DNA from: a virus
DNA length: 50,660 bases
Strand: one strand, 5' to 3'
IMG/VR virus record: IMGVR_UViG_3300026472_000004
Part shown: positions 16,440-25,824 of the stretch, piece after piece
Layout of the letters: every line of letters starts with the position of its first letter
Numbering within the stretch: position 1 is the stretch's first letter
Notes under the pieces: generated by a model
The model's input: only the letters and a program-made list of their open reading frames with translations
Database searches by the model: none
Told to the model about the DNA's origin: nothing
Made by a program: the position numbers and the translations under genes

Positions 16440-17538
16440 TGAAATTCAACAAGCTTTACTCGATGCGCTGACGCAACATAACTCTTACTTGCAACGTCTA
16501 TCATCGAATGCTGTCAATCAAATACTACGGAGCTTCGATAAGCTCACCAGTGATGCTTTAAATGATTTGCTGATTCAATTAAATGACCTTACTGATTTCG
16601 AGTTAAATGTTTTGATAAGTGGGCGTTATACAACGGCGTCACTAAAAAATGTTCAAGGTGTTATCACAGGTCTACAGCAGTCACTATCCACGGTGTTGCC
16701 AGAGATTTTTGCGCTATCTGGCGTGGCTTTGGCAACGTATGAAGCATCGTATATTTATAAACTTGCGGATAAAAAATCACCTGTCATAAGTGGCGAAAGT
16801 CTTTTAAAGAAAGCAGGTAAAGCTCCGTATGCTGGTGGGCAGTTGCTCGATAATATCTTTCCTAGTATCGCTCAAAATCTACGGAATAAGATTGAATATA
16901 CCATTCGTGATGGTGTTTCAAATGGGCAGACAAATCAGCAGATCATTCAACGCATCAAAGGCACTAAAAAACTAAATTACGCCGATGGTCTGTTAAATCA
17001 ATCTCGGAATGTGATTGACTCAGAAGTAAGAACAGCAAGGGCACATATTACTTCAAGAGTATATTCAGATACATGGAAAACCCTTGGGTTTGATTACGTT
17101 CGCGATGTGGCAACCCTAGATGGGCGTACCAGTTTATATTGTGCATCAATAGATGGACGAGTTCAGAAAGCAGATGGCACTCAGAAAAAGCCACCTTATC
17201 ATCATCGCTGCCGTACTGTACCGGTTGGTTGTGATAAGGATGGGAAGCTTGATGGTATTCGCCCCTTTGTTGCTGATAATCGTCCTGTTAGAGACATTCC
17301 GAAAGATCAACGTGACGGTAAAATTGGGCAGGTTGATGCGAATCAGACGTATAAACAATGGTTTGCAAGGCAAGACGATACATTTCAGCGTAATCTTCTC
17401 GGTAAAACAAGGTTTGAATTTTATAAATCGGGTGAGTTTCCAATTGATAAATTTGTTGATCCACTAAGTGGTAATAAATTCACTATTGCTGAATTAAGGC
17501 AAATGGATGAACAAACGTTTAAGGAGTTGGGATTGTGA
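16429..17538 (+). CDS. Head morphogenesis protein (Mu F / SPP1 gp7-like)
   Basis: YCASIDGRV...PPYHHRCRT motif typical of the Phage_Mu_F domain; follows the portal gene. Confidence 0.75.
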   Translation: MMNDEIQQALLDALTQHNSYLQRLSSNAVNQILRSFDKLTSDALNDLLIQLNDLTDFELNVLISGRYTTASLKNVQGVITGLQQSLSTVLPEIFALSGVALATYEASYIYKLADKKSPVISGESLLKKAGKAPYAGGQLLDNIFPSIAQNLRNKIEYTIRDGVSNGQTNQQIIQRIKGTKKLNYADGLLNQSRNVIDSEVRTARAHITSRVYSDTWKTLGFDYVRDVATLDGRTSLYCASIDGRVQKADGTQKKPPYHHRCRTVPVGCDKDGKLDGIRPFVADNRPVRDIPKDQRDGKIGQVDANQTYKQWFARQDDTFQRNLLGKTRFEFYKSGEFPIDKFVDPLSGNKFTIAELRQMDEQTFKELGL

Positions 17539-17807
17539 GTAAATCTGAGCCAAAAGAAACTGGATTAAAGCGTACAGTATGGTTATTTGAACGTGATGTA
17601 TTGGAAAAGCTTGAAAAAACGAATCTGCAAGACCATCACAAGGTCCTTAAGTTCAATAATTTCGCTATGCAATATGAGTTAAGACCTAAATTTAATAATG
17701 GTCGAGCTGATGCCATTGTAATGCGCGATACAGCAAATCATTGGTTGAAGATGTGGTTTATAGCATTCCAAACATGCACTGGCGAACATCTAAAAGCCAA
17801 AGCTTAA
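17535..17807 (+). CDS. Hypothetical protein
   Basis: 90-aa ORF overlapping the upstream stop; a terminator follows. Confidence 0.5.
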   Translation: MSKSEPKETGLKRTVWLFERDVLEKLEKTNLQDHHKVLKFNNFAMQYELRPKFNNGRADAIVMRDTANHWLKMWFIAFQTCTGEHLKAKA

Positions 17808-17823
17808 AGCACACAAATTATTT

Positions 17824-17846
17824 AGCACCTTACGAGGTGCTTTTTT
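17824..17846 (+). terminator. Rho-independent terminator
   Basis: AGCACCT-TACG-AGGTGCT followed by T6. Confidence 0.75.
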
Positions 17847-17915
17847 ATTGCCTAACGTTCGGATGAACACGGCGCAAGGGGCGGATGCTCAACTAAATAA
17901 AGGGTCGGATGACTT

Positions 17916-18680
17916 ATGAAACTTAAAACTGTAGTTTTAGATGGAAAAACTTACGCTGAAACCAATGAACAAGGTCTGCCGATCTATGTTCATGATGACG
18001 GAAAAGAAGTTGCACACGATGCACCTCAAACGGTAGCCACGATTGCGCGTCTAAATGGTGAAGCTAAAACCAACCGTGAACGCTACGAAAAAGCTGAATC
18101 ATCTTTAAAAACATTTGAAGGGATTGATGATCCAGTGGCTGCGAAAAAAGCTATTGATACTTTAAAAAACTTTGATGACAAAAAACTTGTGGATGCAGGT
18201 GAAGTTGAAAAGGTCAAAGCCGAAGCGATTAAAGCGGTAGAAGAAAAGTATGCACCAATTGTCCAAGAGCGTGATGCCTTCCAAAATCAATTACACAATG
18301 AGCTTATCGGTGGTGGTTTTGCTCGTTCTAAGTTTATTCAAGACAAAGTGTCCGTACCGTCTGACATGATCCAAGCCCAATTCGGTAAGAACTTCAAAAT
18401 CGAAGAAGGCAAAGTAGTGGCATACGGCTCAGATGGTCAAAAAATTTATTCACGCTCACGTCCAGGTGAAGTTGCTGACTTTGATGAAGCTTTAGAAACA
18501 ATGATTGGCGGATACCAACATAAAGATTCAATTCTCAAAGGTTCACAAGCGGGTGGCGGTGGATTCCAAGGTAATAACGGTCAAAATTCTGGGCTTAAGC
18601 GTGGTGATATGTCTGCAAAAGACAAGTCAGATTACTTAAAAGCGCATGGTCAAGAATCGTATTTAAAACTTCCAAAATAA
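17916..18680 (+). CDS. Scaffolding-like protein
   Basis: Charged, helical 254-aa protein directly upstream of the capsid gene. Confidence 0.55.
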   Translation: MKLKTVVLDGKTYAETNEQGLPIYVHDDGKEVAHDAPQTVATIARLNGEAKTNRERYEKAESSLKTFEGIDDPVAAKKAIDTLKNFDDKKLVDAGEVEKVKAEAIKAVEEKYAPIVQERDAFQNQLHNELIGGGFARSKFIQDKVSVPSDMIQAQFGKNFKIEEGKVVAYGSDGQKIYSRSRPGEVADFDEALETMIGGYQHKDSILKGSQAGGGGFQGNNGQNSGLKRGDMSAKDKSDYLKAHGQESYLKLPK

Positions 18681-18689
18681 GGAGTCGTA

Positions 18690-19634
18690 ATGACTACAGT
18701 TAACAGTGACATGATTATTTATAATCAATTGGCACAAACAGCGTACTTAGAGCGCTTACAAGATAACCTTGATGTATTTAACAAAGCATCGAATGGTGCG
18801 ATTCGTTATGTGAACGAAGTTATTCAGGGTGATTTTAGTCAGAAATCTTTTTATCGCGTTGGTGGTGGTATTGAACATCGTGATGTGAACTCAGCGGCAA
18901 AAGTTACACCTAAAAAGATTGGTGCTGGTGAAATGGTAGGTGTAAAAACCCCATACAAATACGGTCCATATTCTTCTACAGAGGAAGCATTTAAACGCCG
19001 TGCGCGTTCACCTGAAGAATTTGCTGAAATCATTGGTTATGACTTAGCTGATGCATTGGTTGCAGGTCGTTTGCAATATGGACTAACAGCACTTAAAGCA
19101 GCAATTACAAGTAATCCAGACATGATTGCTAAAGGAAGTATTGCAAACGATGGGCGCAAAGCCTTAACCAAAGGGATGCGCAAATTTGGTGATAAGTTCG
19201 GACGTATCTCTCTATGGGTTATGAACTCAGACACATATTTCGATATTGTGGATGAAGCACTGACCAATCAAGTTTATGGTGAATCTGAACTCGTGATTTA
19301 TGGGGGGTTACCAGGAACATTAGGTAAACCTGTTCTAGTCACTGATTTAGTAGGTGACAATGACGCGTTTGGTCTTCAAGCTGGAGCTTTGACAGTAACT
19401 GAATCACAGGCACCTGGTTTCCGTGCATATGATATCAATGATGAAGAAAACTTAGCGATTGGTATGCGTGCAGAGGGTACATTCAACTTAGATTTACTTG
19501 GCTATTCTTGGGACTCATCAAAAGGTGCGAATCCAACACTTGCTTTGCTTGGTGCAGATGCGAACTGGAAGAAGTACGCAACCAGTAACAAGATGACTGC
19601 AGGCACCTTGCTTGATTTGTCTGGCACACCATAA
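18690..19634 (+). CDS. Major capsid protein
   Basis: Position after the scaffold gene, its size, and a GGAG RBS. Confidence 0.7.
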   Translation: MTTVNSDMIIYNQLAQTAYLERLQDNLDVFNKASNGAIRYVNEVIQGDFSQKSFYRVGGGIEHRDVNSAAKVTPKKIGAGEMVGVKTPYKYGPYSSTEEAFKRRARSPEEFAEIIGYDLADALVAGRLQYGLTALKAAITSNPDMIAKGSIANDGRKALTKGMRKFGDKFGRISLWVMNSDTYFDIVDEALTNQVYGESELVIYGGLPGTLGKPVLVTDLVGDNDAFGLQAGALTVTESQAPGFRAYDINDEENLAIGMRAEGTFNLDLLGYSWDSSKGANPTLALLGADANWKKYATSNKMTAGTLLDLSGTP

Positions 19635-19673
19635 TTAGGGGGCATTAGCCCTCTTTCATTTTGTGAGAAAGAA

Positions 19674-20252
19674 ATGAAAATTATCTATGCAAAGAAGAGT
19701 TCAGGTATTGATGAACTAGGTTCCTTTCAGAATCCTGAATATTATGCAAAACCTGATCAGACCGCTACTAAAGTGATTATTTACGGAAATTATCCGCATA
19801 TTGAGGCGGATTATGAAGAATTAGGCGTTGATCTTGAAGTGCGCGAATCATCTGGGGCAACACCCTTAATCATTGGTGTTAATGTCGGCATTACTCCTGA
19901 GCTACAGGCTACTTTAGATGATGCAAAAGCTGAGTGTGAAAAGGTAGTTGAAGAAAATACGGCCCTGAAAGCACAAATCGAAGCACTTTCTGCAAATGAA
20001 TCAGCGAAATCTGAACTTGAGTCAGAAAATTCAAGATTGAAAGATTCAGTAATGTATTTTGAAAACGTACAGAAAGAATCCCTTGAACAGCTTCAAGCCG
20101 CTAAAGGTGATTTTATTGCATTCCAAAATAACATTGAAGCAATGAAAGCACGTATTGCAGAACTTGAGCAAATAAGCCAGCCAACCGAAACTGAACAGCC
20201 AGCAGATTCCACACCTGTTGCAGAAAAACTCAAAGCAACCAAAGCCAAATAA
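19674..20252 (+). CDS. Hypothetical head-associated protein with C-terminal coiled coil
   Basis: Heptad-rich C-terminus (ENTALKAQIEALS...). Function not assignable. Confidence 0.55.
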   Translation: MKIIYAKKSSGIDELGSFQNPEYYAKPDQTATKVIIYGNYPHIEADYEELGVDLEVRESSGATPLIIGVNVGITPELQATLDDAKAECEKVVEENTALKAQIEALSANESAKSELESENSRLKDSVMYFENVQKESLEQLQAAKGDFIAFQNNIEAMKARIAELEQISQPTETEQPADSTPVAEKLKATKAK

Positions 20253-20262
20253 TAGGTGCACT

Positions 20263-20637
20263 ATGAGCTTTATTACCATTCCTGATGCCGAACGGATCCT
20301 TGGAGCTGACTTTGCACCAGATGGTGATAAGGTTCGGTTTGTTCAATTGGCAAATACATGGATGAAGAATGAAATCCGCTTTATTCCCAAGCAAATAGAT
20401 CCACTATTGCAAGATGCCACATGCGAAATCATCAAAGGTATTCAAGCGAATGTGATTTATGTAGGTGTTGAGCGCCAAACTACGAATGAGCGTGTAAAAG
20501 CGGACACTGTAGAGGTTGAGGAATCCTTTGTTGAGGGTAGTCGTCAAATCTCTCAGTATGAACAGATTGCGCGGGCTTATATTGATTCGCTCGACTTAAA
20601 AGGTCGTGGCTTTGCGTTTGGGGTGTACCGAGGATGA
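20263..20637 (+). CDS. Head-tail connector/adaptor-like protein
   Basis: Position; AGGTG RBS before the ATG at 20263. Confidence 0.45.
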   Translation: MSFITIPDAERILGADFAPDGDKVRFVQLANTWMKNEIRFIPKQIDPLLQDATCEIIKGIQANVIYVGVERQTTNERVKADTVEVEESFVEGSRQISQYEQIARAYIDSLDLKGRGFAFGVYRG

Positions 20638-21011
20638 TTGATAATAGTTACATACCAGAATGGTATACATCACCATTTCAGCATATTAAATACACGCTTG
20701 CTCGCAATCAAATTCATATGGATCTGTTATTTGAAAACATGAATGATGTTGATGAGTTCATGTCAAAAGGTTGTGATGCTCAAGTAAGTTTTTACAACGA
20801 GGATTCTCTTGCAATTGTTCAGATTAAAGATAGCAATCGATCTTTAATTGAAACATATGGATTATTACTACATGAGGCTGTCCATATTTGGCAGCGAATT
20901 AGGCGTCTTATGGGAGAGTATGAGCCTAGTAAGGAATTTGAGGCTTACTCAATTCAAGCGATAGCTCAAGATCTATTTGCAATGTATGAAGAGAGCCAAA
21001 GCCATGATTAG
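20634..21011 (+). CDS. Small HExxH protein (putative metalloprotease-like)
   Basis: LLLHEAVHIW followed by EFEAY. Confidence 0.5.
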   Translation: MIDNSYIPEWYTSPFQHIKYTLARNQIHMDLLFENMNDVDEFMSKGCDAQVSFYNEDSLAIVQIKDSNRSLIETYGLLLHEAVHIWQRIRRLMGEYEPSKEFEAYSIQAIAQDLFAMYEESQSHD

Positions 21012-21369
21012 AGATAAGATTCAATCCAAAGTAGCTAAAGCTTTTAATACCAAACTTGCGGATGCTATCACCACTTTCACATGTTCTAAAGAAATCCAAT
21101 CAGGTGATTTCGACTTTGAAACGCAGACTTATCCTATTGTTACCGTTGAGCAATACTCTGGACGTGGCGTGTTTGGCTCTTACAAGCGAGATTTAGTTAA
21201 GCCTATTGATTATCAAGTTGAAGATGTAAAAGCCACTGTGCTTCAAAGTGAAGTTAGTCAAGAGCCTCAGATTGATGATGTTTGGGTGGCTGGTGGTCAA
21301 TTCAAAGTTTTGAGCGTAGGTAAAGATCCAAGCGGAAGTATTTGGGTTTGCCAAATAAGGAAAGTTTAA
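21004..21369 (+). CDS. Hypothetical structural protein
   Basis: The ATG at 21004 overlaps the upstream TAG; position in the head-tail joining module. Confidence 0.5.
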   Translation: MIRDKIQSKVAKAFNTKLADAITTFTCSKEIQSGDFDFETQTYPIVTVEQYSGRGVFGSYKRDLVKPIDYQVEDVKATVLQSEVSQEPQIDDVWVAGGQFKVLSVGKDPSGSIWVCQIRKV

Positions 21370-21438
21370 AAGCTATTGATTAATTTAGTTTAAAGGCTTA
21401 TAAATCAATAATTATTTTATAATTAATGAACTTGAATT

Positions 21439-21735
21439 ATGACAAAACAAGCCTACGTTATAGAAATAACTATTCCTGAAATAAACTGTCCGAAAACTAT
21501 TCGTGGCAGAGAAAAACTGATTTCAGATGGTAAAGCTAAAGTTTATCTGTCGAGAAATACTACTGCTAATGATTGCTTAAATGGTATTGAAAGATGGGGA
21601 ATCACAGGCGGAAGAAACGTCTGTATATATACAGAACAAACTTATCCAAAAGATGAATTGGAAATTAATGAATATTTAAATGGAAGATTTGGAGAGGATT
21701 GGGAAATAAAATTAGTTCCTACTTCGACTCGTTAG
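21439..21735 (+). CDS. Hypothetical protein (moron gene 1)
   Basis: AT-rich 98-aa ORF after an AT-rich gap, inside the head-tail module. Confidence 0.55.
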   Translation: MTKQAYVIEITIPEINCPKTIRGREKLISDGKAKVYLSRNTTANDCLNGIERWGITGGRNVCIYTEQTYPKDELEINEYLNGRFGEDWEIKLVPTSTR

Positions 21736-21782
21736 TTGAAATTATATCGATTAAAATCACTCAAAAAATTAGGGTGACCAAC

Positions 21783-22496
21783 ATGAGTAAAAAAACTTTA
21801 AAGCAAAAAATTTATTATGTGAAATGGTCTGCAGTTTCATTTTTTATAGTATATTTTGTGATAGGCGCAATTTTAACTAAAAGTGGTTCTAGTTTTGATT
21901 CTGAAAAGACATATAATTTATTAACAAACTCATTAACTCTAACTGCGTATTTTCTTGGACCAGTTGCTGCATTTGTTTTATTTAGTGATTGGAGAGAACA
22001 GCACAATAAGCAAGTTAGAAACGAATTTGCACTAAAAGTTTTTAGGCAGTTTGAGTTGTTTGAAAAATCCATTCAAGAAGCTTGCTTAATTAATATTGAA
22101 ATGGATAACCTTGTGCCAGATGAATGTCGGGAATATTTTAACGGTGACAGATTGCCAATTTATTTGAATGACAGAATATTTAAGGATAATAATAATCTAA
22201 TACTCTCATTTATATATAAAATCAGAGAATCACAAGAATTGTTCAATGTTCTTTTAGATGACATAAGATATTTTGGAATTGTATCAAGTAATATTAAAGA
22301 AATTGCCAGCATAGCTAGTGTTTTGCTGGTTAAGTTTCAAGAAGTCAGTATAAGTGATGAAGAGAATGACTCTTATAGTGAATATCTTCATTTGCTTGAA
22401 ATTAACAGCAGAAAACTTAATGGATACTATGAGTTAAGAAATGAAGTTTCAGACTTATTAATCACAGATCTTTTAAAGACTCTAAATGCTGATTAA
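21783..22496 (+). CDS. Two-TM membrane protein with about 160-aa cytoplasmic helical domain (moron gene 2)
   Basis: Hydrophobic helices VSFFIVYFVIGAILT and AYFLGPVAAFVLF. AGGGTGA RBS; a terminator follows. Confidence 0.6.
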   Translation: MSKKTLKQKIYYVKWSAVSFFIVYFVIGAILTKSGSSFDSEKTYNLLTNSLTLTAYFLGPVAAFVLFSDWREQHNKQVRNEFALKVFRQFELFEKSIQEACLINIEMDNLVPDECREYFNGDRLPIYLNDRIFKDNNNLILSFIYKIRESQELFNVLLDDIRYFGIVSSNIKEIASIASVLLVKFQEVSISDEENDSYSEYLHLLEINSRKLNGYYELRNEVSDLLITDLLKTLNAD

Positions 22497-22506
22497 TCTA
22501 AACATA

Positions 22507-22528
22507 AGCCCACTTCGGTGGGTTTTTT
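22507..22528 (+). terminator. Rho-independent terminator
   Basis: CCCAC-TTCG-GTGGG followed by T6. Confidence 0.75.
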
Positions 22529-22542
22529 AATGGGTGAAACTT

Positions 22543-22923
22543 ATGAGCTGGAAGGGATTAAGACCATCACAATTCACACTCCAAGTCTTACGTGATGGCT
22601 CAGAATTACAAAGAAAAATCGCTGCTGCAATGCTTCAAGGTGTTGTGCTTAAAAGTCCAGTCGATACAGGAGCTTTCAGAGGTAATCATCGAGTTTCAAT
22701 TGGTAGTGTCGATTACACCAAAGACTTTCAAAAAATAGATAAATCAGGTACCACAACTATTGCAGATGGAATGGCTAAAATACTGAGCGTTCAATTAGGG
22801 ATGAGAGTCTTCATTAGCAATAATTTACCTTACGCAATTGCTCTAGAGAATGGACATTCTGGGCAAGCACCACTAGGAATTTATTCAATTACTTTCCAGT
22901 CAGTTACGAGTAGATATAAATGA
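22543..22923 (+). CDS. HK97 gp10-like tail-completion/neck protein
   Basis: SPVDTGAFRGNH motif characteristic of the HK97 gp10 family. Confidence 0.6.
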   Translation: MSWKGLRPSQFTLQVLRDGSELQRKIAAAMLQGVVLKSPVDTGAFRGNHRVSIGSVDYTKDFQKIDKSGTTTIADGMAKILSVQLGMRVFISNNLPYAIALENGHSGQAPLGIYSITFQSVTSRYK

Positions 22924-23330
22924 TGACCTTATCTGAAGCTGAATTGGCAATTTACAAGCGTATTGGTCAATTTAGTGGTGTGGAAAAAACAAATCTTCGT
23001 ATTGAAAATCAGAAACCTTCAGATGGTAAACCATTTGATCCACCATCAAATAAACTTTGGTGTAAGGTCTATATTCAATATGGAGACAGTCAAATAGCTG
23101 GAATTGGAAATAAACCCTGTATTCGAGATATAGGCACTATATCAATCCAATGCTTTGCACCAAAGAATACAGGCACGATTGAAATGACTAATCTATGTGT
23201 TAAATGGCGTGACTTCTTACAATCCTTTGGTGTTTCCACTCTTGAGGTTTATAAAGTCCATGCGCCACAAGGTATGGATGATGATAATTTTTACGCTAAG
23301 ATAGTTAGAGCTGAATTTAGAGTGAATTGA
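22920..23330 (+). CDS. Tail terminator-like protein (DUF4128-like)
   Basis: Position upstream of the tube gene; ATGA overlap. Confidence 0.5.
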   Translation: MMTLSEAELAIYKRIGQFSGVEKTNLRIENQKPSDGKPFDPPSNKLWCKVYIQYGDSQIAGIGNKPCIRDIGTISIQCFAPKNTGTIEMTNLCVKWRDFLQSFGVSTLEVYKVHAPQGMDDDNFYAKIVRAEFRVN

Positions 23331-23331
23331 G

Positions 23332-23544
23332 ATGGATACAGATTACTTACGCTTTAAAAATGAGCGCCAAGAGTTAATAAATAATATAAAACTGGCTTCT
23401 GGATCACCACCTGATTTAGAAAATAAGTCAATCTCAGAACTAATGCGCATCTATTATGCAACAATTGATAGTCAATGCTCACAATGTGGAGGGCATATCA
23501 CAAAGTTATCATTCACATCTATTTACCCAAATAATAAATCTTGA
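23332..23544 (+). CDS. Hypothetical 70-aa protein
   Basis: ORF with a CSQCGGH motif. Confidence 0.45.
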   Translation: MDTDYLRFKNERQELINNIKLASGSPPDLENKSISELMRIYYATIDSQCSQCGGHITKLSFTSIYPNNKS

Positions 23545-23603
23545 GTATTTCAAGAATAAATTAATACCAGATTGAAACCTAGCCACTGGGTAAATTATCA
23601 CCT

Positions 23604-23627
23604 ACCTCCTTAAAGGAGGTTTTTTTA
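23604..23627 (+). terminator. Rho-independent terminator
   Basis: ACCTCCT-TAA-AGGAGGT followed by T7. Confidence 0.75.
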
Positions 23628-23649
23628 CGACTAAATTAAGGAGAACTTA

Positions 23650-24564
23650 ATGAGTTCTGGAGCTAAACAAATAACCCGAGTTGGTTTTGAAGCATCACCT
23701 GGTGTGATTGCAACAACCTGGAATACATTTGCATTTACCACTAATGGTTTAGATGCATCAGCACAAACTACTGAATCACAAACGATCAAAGATTCACGAA
23801 TTGCAGCTGGTACTTTAGTGACAGGTGTTGAAGTGCAAGGCGATATTGAATCTGAATGGGCTTATGGCATTCAAGATAAAGTTTTAGAACTAGTTGCCTT
23901 CAATATTTGGAATAGCAATGTTCTTGCATTTGGTGGCACAACTCGAAAAACGCTTTCGATTATTCGCGGCTTTAGTGATATCGATAACTTCCAAGTTTTC
24001 ACTGGTTGCCACATTAACCAGTGGACTTTATCCATTCCCGATGGAGGTATTGTGACTTCTAAATTCGCAATTATGGGAATGAAGCGCACAGCTTATGAGG
24101 TTGCACCGACTGGTACCGTAACACCCGCAGAGGATGCTGTTCCATTAACAAGCCTATCCACTGGTGACATTCTTATTGATGGTGAAAAGAAACCCGGAAT
24201 GTGCATCACTCAGATTGAACTAACCATCGATAATACAATGCAAATTCAGAAGTGCTTAGACTATGAAAATAACGTTGCCGCAATCTTAGAAACCATTATG
24301 AAAGGCAGTGGTAACTTCACAATTGCATGGTCGAAAAACACTGCTGAACTTTATGAAAAACAATTCTTAAATGAACCGATCGGTCTTGAATATTCATTGA
24401 AAGATACTGCAGGTAATAAATACACACTCAAACTACCTAAGGTTCAAGTATCTGCGCCTTTGCCAAGTGGTGGCGCTGGTGATGTATTAACAACCCAATT
24501 CTCTTTTACAGTAGCGGATGTTGCACCAACTCTTACACGTATTCCTGTAGTTGCGGGGCCTTAA
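23650..24564 (+). CDS. Major tail tube protein
   Basis: Strong AAGGAG RBS; position before the G/GT chaperone pair. Confidence 0.65.
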   Translation: MSSGAKQITRVGFEASPGVIATTWNTFAFTTNGLDASAQTTESQTIKDSRIAAGTLVTGVEVQGDIESEWAYGIQDKVLELVAFNIWNSNVLAFGGTTRKTLSIIRGFSDIDNFQVFTGCHINQWTLSIPDGGIVTSKFAIMGMKRTAYEVAPTGTVTPAEDAVPLTSLSTGDILIDGEKKPGMCITQIELTIDNTMQIQKCLDYENNVAAILETIMKGSGNFTIAWSKNTAELYEKQFLNEPIGLEYSLKDTAGNKYTLKLPKVQVSAPLPSGGAGDVLTTQFSFTVADVAPTLTRIPVVAGP

Positions 24565-24566
24565 TC

Positions 24567-25052
24567 ATGTTAATTGAAATCGAAGAACAGAAGTCCATTG
24601 AATATGTTCAAGAATGGTTTGATTTTAAAGATGGTGTAAAGCTACTCATTGCGAGTATTGATAAGCCATCGTTTCAACGTTCACTTGAACTCAATGGGAT
24701 TCAAGCTGAGCAAGAGCTTGCAGGCATTAAGGCAGTAACAGATGAAGGAGCTGTTAAGGCCAAATTAGGTTTTAACCGTGCTGTTTCACATTTGTTGCTT
24801 GGTTGGGTTGGACTAGTCGGTAAAGATAAAAAGCCAATCGAATACAGTGCGCAAAATGCTGAACTGATTTGCACAAGCTCGAAGCAATCTCTTGAAATTA
24901 TTGTCTTCATCATGGAAAAGGCTAAAGTGATCCATGACTCTCAAAAAGAAGAGATTGTTGAAGAAGTGGGAAAGTCATTAAGCACTACGAACAAAGAAAC
25001 ATCAAATGGTGCGAAGAAAAAACCGCAGAAGTCTACCAGAAGCTCGGTCTAA
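24567..25052 (+). CDS. Tail assembly chaperone (lambda gpG analog)
   Basis: Position between the tube and tape measure genes; acidic with a lysine-rich tail. Confidence 0.7.
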   Translation: MLIEIEEQKSIEYVQEWFDFKDGVKLLIASIDKPSFQRSLELNGIQAEQELAGIKAVTDEGAVKAKLGFNRAVSHLLLGWVGLVGKDKKPIEYSAQNAELICTSSKQSLEIIVFIMEKAKVIHDSQKEEIVEEVGKSLSTTNKETSNGAKKKPQKSTRSSV

Positions 25053-25294
25053 AACCACCTGATCGTTTAGAACCAAGTTTCACGGCAGATCACATCATTA
25101 AAGCCTTTAATTTAATTTCAAAGGCTCGCCGTTTTATTGCTTTTCCGCAGGGTGGTGGGTTTCATGACTCACTCACTCTTGCTGATATTAAAAGCTATTT
25201 TGATGTGTACGGTTGTGACTTGGATCGAAGGCTTTTTGTTGAGTGTATTTTTGCGTTGGATGGAAAGTATTTGGGTGATGTGAATAAAAAATGA
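24567..25294 (+). CDS. Tail assembly chaperone -1 frameshift product (gpGT analog)
   Basis: The -1 frame is open from the GAAAAAAC run (25016-25023) to the TGA at 25292-25294, giving 90 aa from the slip site (about 81 more than G). It has no ATG of its own. Confidence 0.6.
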
Positions 25295-25519
25295 TCCAAG
25301 GCAATTGAAAATGTTTTGTGAATCATTTTGGACAACCATACAAAGGTTAATTTGTCAAAACCTACAGACGTAATTTTGAAATATTCATTAACCCCCTGTA
25401 AGGCGTGAAATTAAAAAATACGTTTTATAACATTAACGCAATAATTTTAGAGTGGTTTTATTTCTAAACAATTTAGAAAAACTCTCGAGCAATTAAAAAT
25501 TAGTAATTCCTGAAATAGA

Positions 25520-25551
25520 AAAACTCTGAAAGTTGGCGCTTTCAGAGTTTT
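25520..25551. terminator. Perfect 13-bp hairpin (AAAACTCTGAAAG-TTGGCG-CTTTCAGAGTTTT)
   Basis: Symmetric A/T flanks; could terminate transcription in either direction. Confidence 0.5.
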
Positions 25552-25595
25552 AGCTTCCATTTGATTCATGCAAGAACAAAAGGATAAATCAATTA

Positions 25596-25772
25596 ATGTC
25601 CAATAAAGATAACCGATTCACCTTTAAATTTCTAGGAGTATTTACAGTGGAAATTGTAAAAGTTACACCCAGGGAAGTGCGTAAAACGTTATGGCAAGCT
25701 GCATTTATATTATTCATCGTGATTATTTTGATTAGATTACCAACACTCATTGCAGCATTACGCTGGTGGTAA
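25596..25772 (+). CDS. 58-aa C-terminally anchored membrane peptide (not on ORF track)
   Basis: MSNKDNRF...LWQAAFILFIVIILIRLPTLIAALRWW. AGGA lies 10 nt upstream and a terminator follows. Confidence 0.45.
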   Translation: MSNKDNRFTFKFLGVFTVEIVKVTPREVRKTLWQAAFILFIVIILIRLPTLIAALRWW

Positions 25773-25793
25773 TAAACATGATCATCAAACCAT

Positions 25794-25824
25794 AAAACCG
25801 ATCTTTTTAAAGGTCGGTTTTTTA
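25794..25824 (+). terminator. Rho-independent terminator
   Basis: AACCGATCT...AGGTCGGTT followed by a T-run. Confidence 0.65.
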
